From Hyaloraphidium curvatum SAG 235-1 (Eukaryota > Fungi > Monoblepharomycota): DNA of 64,000 nt. Location: positions 1-64,000 of the forward strand of contig JAIVFI010000026.1 in assembly GCA_025558095.1 (NCBI GenBank), read 5' to 3'. This document shows, one piece after another, positions 44,735 through 56,671 of this stretch. A program made the translations under genes and the position numbers. Position 1 is the first letter of the stretch. Every line of letters begins with the position of its first letter. The notes below the pieces were generated by a model. The model was not told the origin of the DNA. It saw only the letters and a list, made by a program, of their open reading frames with translations, and made no database searches.

Positions 44735-44962
44735 GGTTCTTTCGGGTGGTTCGGTGGGAATGCGTCGATTGGCGGCGAGGCGGACTCAACACCGCCTTGG
44801 GATAGGATGACACAGCCCTATCCTCAAAAACCGAGATGCCGCAGTCGGTGGTCTGACGTAGCCGACCCCTCTCGTTTCTTTGCGACGAAGTTCTAATCAT
44901 TGACAGCAGTACAATCATTTTGCTCGCGGCATCTGCAACCGTGCCCAGCTCACATCCACCAA

Positions 44963-47705
44963 CTAGACCCCCCAAGCAGGCATCTTGCTGCTCCCCAGCA
45001 TCTCATCCTTCAGAGGACCATACCCGTCCTTTCCCGCCCTCTGACCGGCATCACGCTCCCTCCGCCGGAAAGTCAGCAGTGCGGCCCCCATAGCGCAGCA
45101 GCTCGCGACCATCGCCGCCGCGCAGACGGCGACGGCCAGCACGGCGAGCACGTCGGTGCTGCCCCCGGCGGTGGCGGTGGCTGCGGGTGCAGATGCCGGA
45201 TTCTGCGTCGGTCCAGCGACCGACGGGTCGGGAGGCACCACCATCCCCGCCCTCGCATCGGCATCCGCGGACGTCGTCTGCCTGACCCCCTTTGAAGGGA
45301 AGCTGGCGTCGCGGGTGTACAGTCTCCGCCTGCGCCCGCCGTTGGCGGTGACGACGTCGAAGTAGATACGGAAAGTGGCGTAGAAGGTGTAGTCGGTGAC
45401 CGAGTCGAAGTCGTCGGTGGTGAGGAACGAGAGGCTGGCGTAGTCCTTGCCCGGATCATCGCGGGGGAGCATGTTGGGCGTGATGTGCATGACCACCTCG
45501 TCTGCACCGGGGGTGTAGCTGAAGTTGGTGTTGACGGCCAGCTGCGACAGAGCACCGGGTGCGCCGGGCCCGGCAGGCGAGTCAACGAGATCGGTCTTGA
45601 TGAACCGCTTGAGGAAGCCCGGGGCCGATGCCTGGGCGGGGCTGCGCAGGACAACGTTGCGGCCGACGGAGAGCTTGATGAGGCGGGACTCGAAGATGGG
45701 AAGGTCCGGTGAGACGAAGGTCGCGGTGAGCTTGACGGTGTCGCCGAAGAAGTAGCCGCCCGCGGCTTGGCGGGCGCGGAGGCGGCGCGGGGCCGTCGAC
45801 ACGCGTGCCGTCTGCGGGCCATGGGCGTTAGCTTCACCGCCGCGGGCACATGCATGCCGCAGGTCGACCCACCAGTGAGGTGCACAGGTATTGCCCGTAG
45901 GCAGCAATTCCGCCTGCCCCCTCGAAGGTCGCGATGGTCGCCGCATCCGACATCGAATCCGCCGAGAACACGCCGGCGGGGGCGTTCGCGTACCTCGCCC
46001 CAGTCTGGTACGCCCGTGCGACACCCCCCACGACCTCGACGTTCAGGGACACCATCTTGACCAAAGGCAGGTCGAAACGCGCGAGGACGTACGCGGCGGC
46101 GCCGGCATTCGAGCCCGCGGGCCAGCGGACGACCTTGGCCGGCCCCGAGTTGAGCAGCCACGACCCCCCGATGGTGGCCGCCAGGACCTCGACCGAGTCG
46201 AGGCCGAACGCGGGGCCGAGGTCCGTCCCGGGCGCACCGCCGGCGACGTTGCCCACCGTCGTGTCCTTGGTCGTGTACGGCGACCCCGCGGCGTCCTGGA
46301 CGTCGGCCTCTATCCAGCACTGCTTGTCGTAGCCGTACGCCGGGTCGTTGGCCCCGAGCGCCAAGCCGTCCTGGGAGCAGACCGCGGAGCCGGTGCGGGT
46401 GAGGTAGAGGTAGGCGCCGATGACTGAGTTGCCGTAGCGCACGCGGCGGGTGCCGGGAAACGTGCACGTCGCGCCGTAAGTGGCGCATTGGACCCTGGGT
46501 GATGCATGGCCGGGTAAACTCGACCTCGCCCAACGCATGGCGCTGCGCTCACCAAGGATCGACCGGCGTGCCTGGCTTGTCCGAGACCATCTGCGCCGTC
46601 ACCGATGCGGCGGTGTGGAACAGCGAGTTACACAGGTTGAGCACCAGCGTCTGGTCGTCGGCCGGGTCGCCGACGAGGGCGTTGGCCGAGAGCACCTTGC
46701 CCTTGCAGTCCTGCGTGTCGGCGGCGCCGGGGAAGCAGTCCGTGTCGAAGTTGAACTTGTACTTGCCGCCAACCTGGCAGACGTCGCCGATGAAGATGCG
46801 GACCTGACCGTATTGCCTGAATGGTCAGGGGCAATTTGGATTAGCCGTCTGCAGGTGCGTGGCGGACTTGCGATACGAACCAGCAAAAGTCGTCCGTGGT
46901 GAAGGCACCCGAACTACCGTCCGTCTTGACGCACGTAGGTTTCTGATAGCTCGCCAGTGTGGCCTGCCCAGGGTAGCCCGGCACGTCCACGAGGTTGTTC
47001 GTGTTCAAGGTGAGGTTGTTTGGCCATCTTGAGTACATCTGGAAGTCGAGCACCAGGAACCGCTGCAAGCCGTCCTGATCGAAGCTGACCCCCGTGAGGT
47101 TGAAGTTCTTGATGCCCGATTCCTCGAGGAGCTTGGTGCTGGCCTGCAGCTGAACGGCCAGGGGCAGCTGGATGGACACGGGGTAGGCGAGGCGCGAGGA
47201 GCGCTTGCCCGTGGGGAACTGGTCCTCCCACTCGAGGTCTGCCAACAGTTGAGCCCCACGGGAAGCGAATATGGACGACGGCCGGCAACCCACAGATGGT
47301 GTTGTTCCTGACCTCGAATCCCGGCTTGCTTGCCGTGTCGGGCCCCGTCCACCCGCAGGCTCGAAGCGAGCGCCACGTGCCCGCCAGCGCGAGCTCGTGG
47401 CGGCACGATGCTTCGTTTCCCGCGGCCGCCGCCACGCACTCCGCCCTCCCCGAGGTCTCCTTTCCCAGCCGCAGCTCGATCTTGCGGCCGTCAACGGGGA
47501 GCGACCACGCGGCCACGGCCACGGCGTCCCGGGTCATGTTCGTGCGCGCGGCATCGAGCGCCGGCGGCGCGGTGCCCGCGGCCGAGGGCGTGCAGCCCGA
47601 GAGGGCGGGCAGCGGGTCGAGCTGCGTGAAGTTGGTCGCGGCTGCCGCGTTCCCGGCGAGGGCGGCGAGCGCCAGCGAGGCCAGGGCAAGCCGCGCGAGG
47701 GCCAT
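44963..47705 (-). CDS. Cys-containing type I membrane protein, multi-intron, basic cleavage site before TM
   Basis: Signal peptide MALARLALASL, beta-rich ectodomain, RRRRL, C-terminal TM and short tail. Confidence 0.7.
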
Positions 47706-48538
47706 CTCCGCACGATCCCCCCGTGGCGTGCGCGGGGAAAGCTTTGATAGGGACTTCTGTTTCGGGAGAGAGAATGTCCCCAACCCGGCGAGTGTCCCTG
47801 GCCTGGGCCCCGCCGCCCCGCCTTGCCGCCGCCCCCCAAAATTGGCGCACCCCGTGCCCAGATGCGCGATGCATCCGAGCTGTCCGGCGGACTTCTGGGC
47901 AAAATACAGATACTTCCCTGGTGCCTCGCGCATCCCGTAGCCTTGTAAGCAGGGAAGCGGAGATGCGGGCGGGGCCCAGAGTCCTCATGACTCAATTCCA
48001 TCCCAACCGAATCGGGGATCCGGGACGCTCCGTAGTTAGCCCAAACGACACGTCCTGGCCGCCCAGCTTACCGCACAAAGGCCTGCATGTGACCGCGGCC
48101 GCGTTTCCTCCCCGGAGGAGGTTCGCCGCGGAAACCCCCTGTATCCTTCAGCGAGGGCGCGCCGGCGCGGCCGACGGGCCCGTACGCCTTTTGTCCCGGC
48201 TCTCACGGTTTTCGATGCGCTTTGCTCACGGTCCCTGCGTACCCGGTCCCTGGACGTCCGCTCTCTCGCGTCCGGGCTCACGGCCCCAGCCGTACCCGCC
48301 GCCTTGGAACGGAGTCAGGGGCGCCAGGCGGGCCGCCGTTCCGGCAGACACGATGAAGTTTGATTTCACAGTAGAGATCGTCAAGAATCTCCATGGACGT
48401 GCGATGCCTGGGGAACGGCCGGTCTCCTGGACCGCGTCGCGGCAACACGATCGCGACGTCGCGTTGTGGCCTCCTGGTCCGCAACGCGTTCGCTCCAGTC
48501 TTCTTCGGCTTCCCGCGCCTCCGCCCCTTTCCGGCACC

Positions 48539-49427
48539 ATGGCACTCGCGCCCTACTTCGCCGGTACTCCACCCCCACCCCTCCCCGCCGCACGCGCTCA
48601 CACCTCCATCCCAGGCCGCACCATCGGCCCCCCCACCGCGCCCAACGTCGTCGAAGGTCCTCCGCTCCCGTTCTCCCTTTACGCGTCCTGACGTGTCCCT
48701 TTCCGCGATGCAGCGTACCTCGACTACGTCTGCCCCTTCTCCAAGCGCCTCTTCGAGCGCATCGTCGCGGACGTCGCGCCCGGCGCGGAGAAGGAGCACG
48801 GGGGCAAGGTGCGGTTCGTGTTCCGGCACCAGGTGCAGCCGTGGCATCCCCAGGTGGGCCGCTCCGCTCCGAAACGGGGTCGTAGGAAGGGTGCTGACGG
48901 GCGGGGTGGGGACGACAAGTCGACGCTCGTGCACGAGGCCGCGATCGCGGTGGGCAGGCTGCACCCGGACGGGTTCGTGGCGTTTTCGAAGCTGCTCTTC
49001 GAGCGCCAGACCGAGTGGGTCTCCCGCTACTTCCCTCTCCCGAGCGCGCGGCTGACGGCGACGGGGAAGCTTTTTCGACCTGAACGTATTCGACAAGAGC
49101 CGGCAGCAGGTCTACACCGACCTTGCGGCTCTGGCGGGCCAAATCGGCGCCGACCCCGCGGCGGTGCTCAAGCTGCTGGATCGAAAGCCGAGCGAGGAGT
49201 TCCTGAACACCGGAAACGCGGTCACGGACGAGCTGAAGGTGGGGCGCCGCCGGCCAGGGTCAGTGCAGTCTGTGCTGATTGCCGCCCGCAAGATCCACAT
49301 CCGCATCGCGCGGCAGAACGGGATCCACGTCTCCCCGACGGTGCTCTTCAACGGGCTGGTGGACAACGCGGTGTCGTCGGGGTGGACGCCGGACCAGTGG
49401 CGCGAGTACCTCGCCGCCAAGCTCTGA
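48539..49427 (+). CDS. Thioredoxin-fold DsbA-like protein (CxxS), ends AKL; multi-intron
   Basis: YLDYVCPFS, QVQPWHP, RQNGIHVSPT, SSGWT..QW. Confidence 0.88.
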
Positions 49428-49497
49428 ACCAACGCCACGAAGCGGTTCCCCCTTTTCTTGGGGCGCGATGCCGTCCATCGTCCCGTGTCCCGTGCAG

Positions 49498-50634
49498 TCA
49501 ACACGGGGGTAGCACCCCCGCCGCCAGCGGCCACAGCTCCATCGCCTCCCCCTCGCCCGCAGCCCCCACCACGATCCCCGTGTCCGCCAAGACGAGGAAC
49601 TCGGCGTTGCCGTGCGCCTCCCCCCGCGTCCGCACCGTCGCCAGCTCCCCGCCGGGCTCGATCCGCACGCTTTCCACTGCAACGTGGAACTTCTGCCGGA
49701 TCTCGAGGCCTGTGGGGGGGTTGTGGGGAAGGTGGTGGGCGAGGATGAAGCGTGCGGCGACGGATGATTCGGGGGTGCGGGAGGAGAGGAGGGCGGGGTG
49801 GATCTGGTAGGGGTAGATGAAGGGGTGGTCGGTGGGGTGGAGGAGGTGCAGGAGGGCGCCGTGCGGGGTTGGGTCGGGGTCGAGGAGGGCGGTGAGGTCC
49901 GGTGCCTCGGGCGGTTTGGCGGGCTGGGCGCCGGCTGCGAGGGCAAGAAACGCCGACAATGATGGTGCAGCCGGCTTGGGCTCATAGCCGGGCAGCTCGG
50001 CGACGACGGCCTGCCCGGTCTGCCACAGGAATAGCCTGTCCCCGAGCGTGGTTTTCGCCACAGCGAGCGGCGAGTGCGGGCCGGGCACGTAGCGGCGCCC
50101 GTTGAGCGCCTCGAGTTCGAACGGGGCGGCAAAAGGGGCGCGGATCTCCAGCACCATGGGAAGCTCCTCGGCGGGTGGTTGGGAAGGGTCGCCGCCTTCC
50201 AGGCCCGCCAACGTCGAGGCACGCAGGGCCACCTGCCACACCACGAACCGCATCGCGATCCGCCCGTCCAGCTCCGAGTGCCGGCATCTGAACACGTCGC
50301 GGGAGACGCCCGCCGCGAACCCAGCCCGCCCCGCCGCCTCGGGCGCGTAGGCATCGAGCAGCCGCGCGCACACCGAGCTCCACGCGGCCTCCAGCTGGGC
50401 TGCGAACTCCGCGCGGCGTTGCCGCAGATAGGATTTCCACCCTTCCGGCGGGCTTCCGCCCGCGAACGCGTCGGTGCGCGCGCCGCCGAACTCGGCGATG
50501 CAGCGGTCCTTCCACGACCCGCGCGCCGCCGCCGAGAGCTGCCGGCACGCCGCCGCGGCGCGCGACACGTCAGCCGCGTCCAGCCGGAGCAGGAGCAGCA
50601 GGAGCAGCTCAGAGGGCAGGTCGAGGAGGTGCAT
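49498..50634 (-). CDS. F-box protein, possible SMI1/KNR4 (SUKH)-like domain
   Basis: LLDLPSELLL...VSRAAAACRQL...W F-box. Confidence 0.75.
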   Translation of the reverse strand: MHLLDLPSELLLLLLLRLDAADVSRAAAACRQLSAAARGSWKDRCIAEFGGARTDAFAGGSPPEGWKSYLRQRRAEFAAQLEAAWSSVCARLLDAYAPEAAGRAGFAAGVSRDVFRCRHSELDGRIAMRFVVWQVALRASTLAGLEGGDPSQPPAEELPMVLEIRAPFAAPFELEALNGRRYVPGPHSPLAVAKTTLGDRLFLWQTGQAVVAELPGYEPKPAAPSLSAFLALAAGAQPAKPPEAPDLTALLDPDPTPHGALLHLLHPTDHPFIYPYQIHPALLSSRTPESSVAARFILAHHLPHNPPTGLEIRQKFHVAVESVRIEPGGELATVRTRGEAHGNAEFLVLADTGIVVGAAGEGEAMELWPLAAGVLPPC

Positions 50635-50844
50635 CGCGAATGCGGGCTGACGACCCTGGGCAGCCCGCGTCGGCTCCGATATCCCCGACACATCACCGTT
50701 TCCGGGCGTTGGCATTCGGCGAAGGACGGCACCTATGCTACGGATTGAAATGTGCATTTCATCCCGGTTCCCACGCGGGGAGGAACCTGATCGACGGCCG
50801 CAGCGGCCTCGCTGAATCGGACAGCACGGGCATCACCCCCCTGA

Positions 50845-51657
50845 CTACGTATCTCCTCCTGCCGCGAGCGCCGCGCACCCGGCCAGGAAGCCCCACATGC
50901 TCCGCGAGGTCAGGTACGCGGTGCGCCCCGGCTCGAAGGGGTGGCCCCCGAACTGCACGAACACCTTGGCGTCCTCACCTCCATCCGCTTCCTTGCCCTT
51001 CTTGCTTTGCTCCCCGTCGTGCGGCGGCTCCCACACAGCGTACCAATAGCAGGTCCCATGCCCATCCATCAGTATCAGCCTCCCCCTCAAGTTCGCGGCC
51101 TCGACGCGGAGCGGCATCCCCCACGCCCCGGGGCCAGCGCGCGGGTCGGGCACCAGCGGCGCCGACGGCAGCCTCTGCAGCATCGCAGCGTGCAGCCCCG
51201 GGCGGGAGAGCAGGTCGCGCACGCAGGCGGGCAGGTCGGGTTCCGCGGAAAGCGCCGCCAGCGCGTCCGGCGAGGGGGAGGGGTCCCACGTCCCCGGGAT
51301 GCGGCGCAGTTCGCGGAGCAGGGAATCGAGCGACGCGTGCGCCGGGTCCGGGGGGCCGCCGAGGGGCACGTCGTTCAGCACGAAGGGGTGCTCCCGCCCG
51401 TCAAAGAGGTACTCGGAGGCCGCGTTCTTGAGGGCCTTCAGCACGGGCGCCTGAGTGCCGCGCATCGAGACGGGGCCATGGATCCTGACGTAGCGCCACC
51501 AGAGCCTCGCGGCAGCGGTCTGGAGCGGGCGCACGAGGAAGCACCGACGGAGCGCACTGGGGTCGTCGGACACGAGCGACACAACAATATCGATGACCTC
51601 AGCGGGCAGGGAATTCAGGTCCGCCGCGGGCCGCGTCTTCGGCACTTGGGCTGCCAT
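50845..51657 (-). CDS. F-box-like protein, possible SUKH-like domain
   Basis: LNSLPAEVIDIVV...ALRRCFLV....AARLWWR. Confidence 0.7.
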   Translation of the reverse strand: MAAQVPKTRPAADLNSLPAEVIDIVVSLVSDDPSALRRCFLVRPLQTAAARLWWRYVRIHGPVSMRGTQAPVLKALKNAASEYLFDGREHPFVLNDVPLGGPPDPAHASLDSLLRELRRIPGTWDPSPSPDALAALSAEPDLPACVRDLLSRPGLHAAMLQRLPSAPLVPDPRAGPGAWGMPLRVEAANLRGRLILMDGHGTCYWYAVWEPPHDGEQSKKGKEADGGEDAKVFVQFGGHPFEPGRTAYLTSRSMWGFLAGCAALAAGGDT

Positions 51658-51923
51658 GTCGTCGGTCCTTGGCAGCGGCAGGGGACTGACAGAGGCAGAG
51701 GAGGGCGTGAAGTAGTTGGACAGCCGGGGCGGGCCGGGACTAAGGTCACGCATATCGAGTTCTTGAGAGCAAGCAAGCGGGAATTCGCACGAAGTATACA
51801 AGACAAGGCTGTCGGCATAGCCCAAAAGCCGGATCGAGTACGAAGCGATCCGCGATTGAGCTTGTGCCTCATTCACCAACTCCCCACCCACCCTCCAAAG
51901 AAGACGGTCGTCGCGCTCGGCGT

Positions 51924-52240
51924 TCAGATCTCCCTGACCTCGACCTCCAGTCCGCCGCGCATGGCCTGCGTGAGCTGCAGGTCGAAACGCTCCTTCTTGT
52001 TCTCGAAGTCGCCCCACTGCGGCGCAGCGCGCTCAGTCTTCGGTCGACCCAACCCCTGGCTTTGCCATCGCCTGTCCGTGACGTTTCACGTCAGAGCTGC
52101 AGCCAAGGAAGGCCGTTAGAACCGCACCAGTACGGGGCCTATGACAGGCAGGGCACCGGGGGCCTGGGGAACGCCCGGCATCTTGCGAGTACATGCCGCG
52201 CGGTCGGGGTACAGGATCGTGCTCACAAGCCACTTTCTGT
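51924..52240 (-). pseudogene. Internally deleted cytochrome P450 relic
   Basis: YPDRAACTRKMPGVP..PGALPVIG and WGDFENKKERFDLQLTQAMRGGLEVEVREI* match the N- and C-termini of the 12188-14276 P450. Confidence 0.7.
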
Positions 52241-52394
52241 CACAGAGCAGCTCACGTCCTTGTGCTAAAACGTCGAGTCGCCTAGAAGCCGGCAAGGACG
52301 GCGACCGAGACAAGACGGAGATGGAATCTGATCTTGCTTCCGCTGGGTATAACAGGTCATCAGTCTACGAGGCATCAAGCCGGGACACGCCAGA

Positions 52395-53315
52395 CTAGTG
52401 CAGCGAGGCAGCATCGCCGTTCCCGTTCACCTTCACCTCCTCGATCTCCACCTCGACCTCCCCTTCCACCAAACCCCCAGTCTCTTCCCCGACGGGAGCA
52501 AAATCCACCCCGCCCACACCTCTCCTCGACGGGGTACCGGGTGAGCCCGTCCGAAAAGCCAACCCGACCGCGATCTGCGCCGCCGCGCTCGCCAGTCCGA
52601 CGGTGTTGGGCCCCCAGACGGCGGCCTTGCCGATCGCCGCCCCGTAGGCCACCCAGAAGCACGCGTTGACGAGCATGGTCCCCGCCACGGGGAGGTACAC
52701 GGCCGAGCCGTCCCGCCGGCGGACCGCGCGGGGGAGCGTCCACAGGGGCGCGGAAAAGAGGAAGACGAGCGAGGCGGCGGCCGCGAGGCCCTGCACGGCC
52801 TCTGCCGACGCGGGGGAGAGCTGTACGGTGGCGAATGAGGTGACGAGGAGCGCGGCGAGGAGGGCGCCGAAGAGGAGGGCGAGCAGGGAGCGGAAGCGAG
52901 GCAACGGGGCCACGCGGAGCAAGGCCGCCGAGTACGCGACTCCAAGCGTGAGGCCCGACAGGTTGGGGAACACGATCCACCAGTCGCGCAGCAGGTAGCC
53001 AAATCCCAGGTTGACCGTCGACGCGGGAACCACTTGTCGCCGGGAGGGGAACACCCGGTTAGGGGAACGGAACGCGTCCCGGGTCGACCACCCACTCATA
53101 AGCATGAAGAGCGGGTTCAGGTCGCCCAGCTCGCCCTTCTGCACGGCCGCCGCGACGCCGAACGCCGGCGCGACGTTCAGGCAGAGCGCAAGGAGGTTGC
53201 CGCAGAGCGGTGCGACCACCGACAGCAGCTTGGCATTCCGGGTTCAGAGACGTCCGGCGACGCCGCAGGCCACGCTCACCACCGAGCAGTCCGCGGTCGA
53301 CGGATCGCACGGCAT
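52395..53315 (-). CDS. SWEET (MtN3/saliva) sugar transporter, spliced
   Basis: LGDLNPL, PNLSG, FSAPL, N...W..YG, PNTVG motifs. Confidence 0.88.
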
Positions 53316-53506
53316 CCTGCGGTCAGGTTGGCCCCGAGCGGGGCGGGATTGGAGTGCGGTTCGAGCGTCAACCGCCGGCCGCCCAGCCCGCCCGCCCCCT
53401 GTCCCGCTCGAGCGACTTCATTCCACGTAGTCGTATTGTCCCTTCCTCAAAGACATCAAGAACGCCGCCCGTCTATGTACATTTTTCTATGACCGCCCCG
53501 CCGCGG

Positions 53507-55684
53507 TCACTTGTACTTGTCCATGAATGCCCTGTGGAACTTCTCTATCCGCCCCATGAACCCGTCAAACTCCTCCTCCGGGGGCAGGAACGTCTGCGCG
53601 ACAAAGATCAGCACGGACACATAGTCACGACGCGCGCAGGACACGCACCGATCTGAAGTGCCACGTCCCGGGCTCCTGCAGGAACCCGCTCCCCGGCACC
53701 ACGCACACCCCGGTCGAGCGGAGCATCTCCATGGCGTAGAACTCGTCCGGCTCCTGCCCCTTTTCCCGCGCCTCGGCGGCGGCGGCGGCGGGGATCGCGA
53801 CGCGGGGGTGCACGTACAGCGCGCCCTCGGGGGGGGCGCAGCTGACGCCGGGGAGGGTGTTGAAGAAGGCGACGAGCTTGATCGCGCGGCGCTTGAGCGA
53901 TTCTGTGCCATCGCGTCAGCGAGCGATCCTGGTTGTACCTTAACACCGACGCTCACCGTAGGTCCCGATCGTCTCCTCCTTGTACTGCTCGTAGCTCGGG
54001 TCGCCCGGCCGCGGAGGGTCCACCATCAGGTCCACGAGGATCTGGCCCGAGGTGTTGGAGCACAGCGAGATTGAGGCCACCTTGTACATCTCGGCCACGG
54101 CGTCGGGGTCCACGTTGACGCACTCAACGTAGCCGCCTGGGCCAAACCGGGGTCAGCCGAGTCGGGCGCCGAGTGATCTTGGTTCACGTACCGCGCTGCC
54201 CGCACTCGCCGACGACGCCCTTGGACACCGAGTGGAAGCTGAAGAGCTCCACGTCTGCGTACGACGGGTCGGCGGCCTGCTTCTCGAGCAGGACCTTGCG
54301 GAACGAGATGAAGGGCCGCGAGTCGAGGTAGGTGTTGGCTGTGGGCGAAATCGAACCGTTTCTGTCAGCCAAACAGAGTTCGACCGACAGCGGCCGCGCG
54401 CAACCCACTCTGGTAGACCTCGTCCGCGAGCACCACAAGCCGCTCCTCCTTGGCAATGTCGATCACCTTCTCCACATCCTCCCTGCTCAGGCAGTTGCCC
54501 GTCGGGTTCCCCGGGTTGATAACGCACACCGCGCGCACGTCCAGCCCCTCCCCCCTCGCCTTCCGCACGCTGTCCCTGATGCTCTCGGGCGACATCTTCC
54601 ACCCGTCCTTGGACTCGACGAGCCCGTAGCTGACCAGCTGCCCGCCCAGCAGCGAGATGCTGGCCGAGTAGAGCGGGTACTGCGGCACCGGCACGAGGAT
54701 GCCGACGTGCTGGTGTGCGATCAGCGCCTCGAGGACCAGCTGCACGGCAGGGGACGCGCCGGCGGTGACGAAGATGTTGGAGGGCTCGGCGGCGGGGAGG
54801 TGCGCGCCGTCGCGCTCCGTGATGAAGCGGGCGACGGAGCGGCGGACGTGCACGGCGCCCTGGGAGTGCGTGTAGGCGCCGGTGGAGCCGCCGAAGGCTT
54901 TGATGAGGGTGCGGGCGCGCGCGATGGCGTCCGGGGGGAAGAGTTGGACGGCGAGGGGCGAGTCCATCAGCGGCGGGTGCGACGTCAGGGCCAGGACCTG
55001 CAGAAGCGGGGCGAGCACGTCAGCGTCGGTGAAACAAAACTGGCGAACGTATTGCCCATGGGTATAGAAGGCCGTGTGAAGACCGACGAGGTCGAGGGGC
55101 CCCTCTCGCGGCCAGTGATCCCCCGACCCCGGCCAAACTCCGACCCCGGCCGGCCCGGAACCGCGCCTCAGATCGATATTATCCGCTTCCAAAGAGCAAG
55201 GAAAACCATTCCCGGGGCGGCCAGCCCGCCGAAAAGCCCGAGATACCCCGACGAAGACCATCCTCAAATCGATGCCCACCTGGCGGAAAAAGGTAATCGG
55301 CACCTGGCCCAGCGCCTGCGGGTTGCCGATGTTTGTGAGGACGACGTTCTTCCAGCCGCGGCGGGCGACCAGCGCCTCCTCCTCGCCGGGGCCGCGCTGC
55401 TTCGCGGCCAGCCGCTCCTCGTTGAGCTGGTCGGCGAGGATCGCCAGCGGGCCGCGCACGGCGTACGACGTCCGCAGCAGCGCGGGGCTGAGCGTGTCGC
55501 GCGTGAGCACTTTGGCGTGCGGCGGCACCGACGGCGGCGTGGCGGCGCGGAGCACCGGCGACGACACGAGCGTCCGCGGGTGCGGCGGCGCCAGGCCGTT
55601 GCCGTTCGGCTGCCCGGCGTTGCCCATCGCGCTCCGCAAAAGTCCCCTATTAGGCGTCCGCAGCCGGTGGAGGGCGCTCCGCAT
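53507..55684 (-). CDS. ALT1: Alanine aminotransferase, multi-intron
   Basis: YAVRG, NIGNPQ, GAYTHSQG, PQYPLYSA, INPGNPTG, DEVYQ, SFHSVSKG, GECGQRG, VVPGSGF. Confidence 0.95.
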
Positions 55685-56507
55685 GAACGGGGAGACGGGG
55701 TTGGCGGTGGAGCGGTTTTCTTGCAAGGGACCAAGCCCCTCGGCCGGAGTCCGGCCGGGAGTCCGGGCCGGCGGCACGTCTCCCGGGCAAACAAGACTGG
55801 GACCATCGCGAAATCGCTCCACTCAGCGTCATTTTGACTTCGATGGATGGATTGAAGACGTCTTCGGCTGCCCGGGGCTGCTGGTCGCAAGGTGCAGAAG
55901 CTGTGACGCTCATTCTCCCCCGCCGTCATCAGCGGCCGCGCCTGCTTCGTCCAGATACAAGCGCAGATTGAAGAAGAAGGCAAAATTTGCCTTCGAAACG
56001 TTCAGCCCGGGGCGGATGTTTTATCCGACGACCCGGCCTTGATGGCTCGTGCGTGATCTCGCCGGATCGGAGTTTCGCTGCCCGCAACCAACCCGCATCA
56101 TTCTTCACATCGCGAAACTATGGGACCTTGGGGTTGACGAATACGGCTTTGCTGCTTTGGATCTGTCTTGGGGTTCGGCGACGGCAGTCTGCGCAAGCCA
56201 GCTGGAACAGCACGCGCTTCCGGAGCTCGCGCGAAGCGCGGAGCGCCGAACCCGTATCCATTTCCGTCGCCTGCTTCATGGTTTCGGACAAAATGGGATT
56301 TACAAAAGCTGGATCCATTGCTTATTCGGGCGCACGGCCCATTTGCACGGGCATGACGGCGCGTCAGCGCCGGGATGCCCTAACTCGGCTTCACCCTTGA
56401 GGGGCCCAAACCTCCAAGAACGCGTTCCCTGCGGCCCGGAAAGCAGCTCATGAACGCAACCTTCGGTGGACTGGGCACACCCGAAGCCAGCCGCAACAAA
56501 ATTCGGG

Positions 56508-56564
56508 AGGGACTGCGGACGGACCTCGCGATGAAAGCATTCTTTGAATCGCACGCTCGTGCCG
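56508..56564 (-). pseudogene. Degenerate intron-bearing tRNA-Cys fragment
   Basis: gagcgtgcgattcaaa-gaatgctttc-atcgcgaggtcc...agtccct matches the adjacent tRNA plus an insert; 5' acceptor strand and T-arm missing. Confidence 0.65.
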
Positions 56565-56598
56565 GGAAGACCAAAACAATCTTATGAAGAAAGACATG

Positions 56599-56671
56599 AG
56601 GGACTACCCAGGATCGAACCGGGGACCTCGCGATTTGCAATCGCACGCTCTAAGCCACTGAGCTATAGCCC
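56599..56671 (-). tRNA. tRNA-Cys(GCA), intronless
   Basis: gggctatagctcagtgg...tgcga-ttGCAaa-tcgcg...ggttcgatcc...tagtccct cloverleaf. Confidence 0.95.

Noticed and set aside
56508-56564. tRNA-Sec or UGA suppressor tRNA
   Set aside because: Derived from tRNA-Cys; lacks 5' acceptor strand, T-arm and the long variable arm of tRNA-Sec
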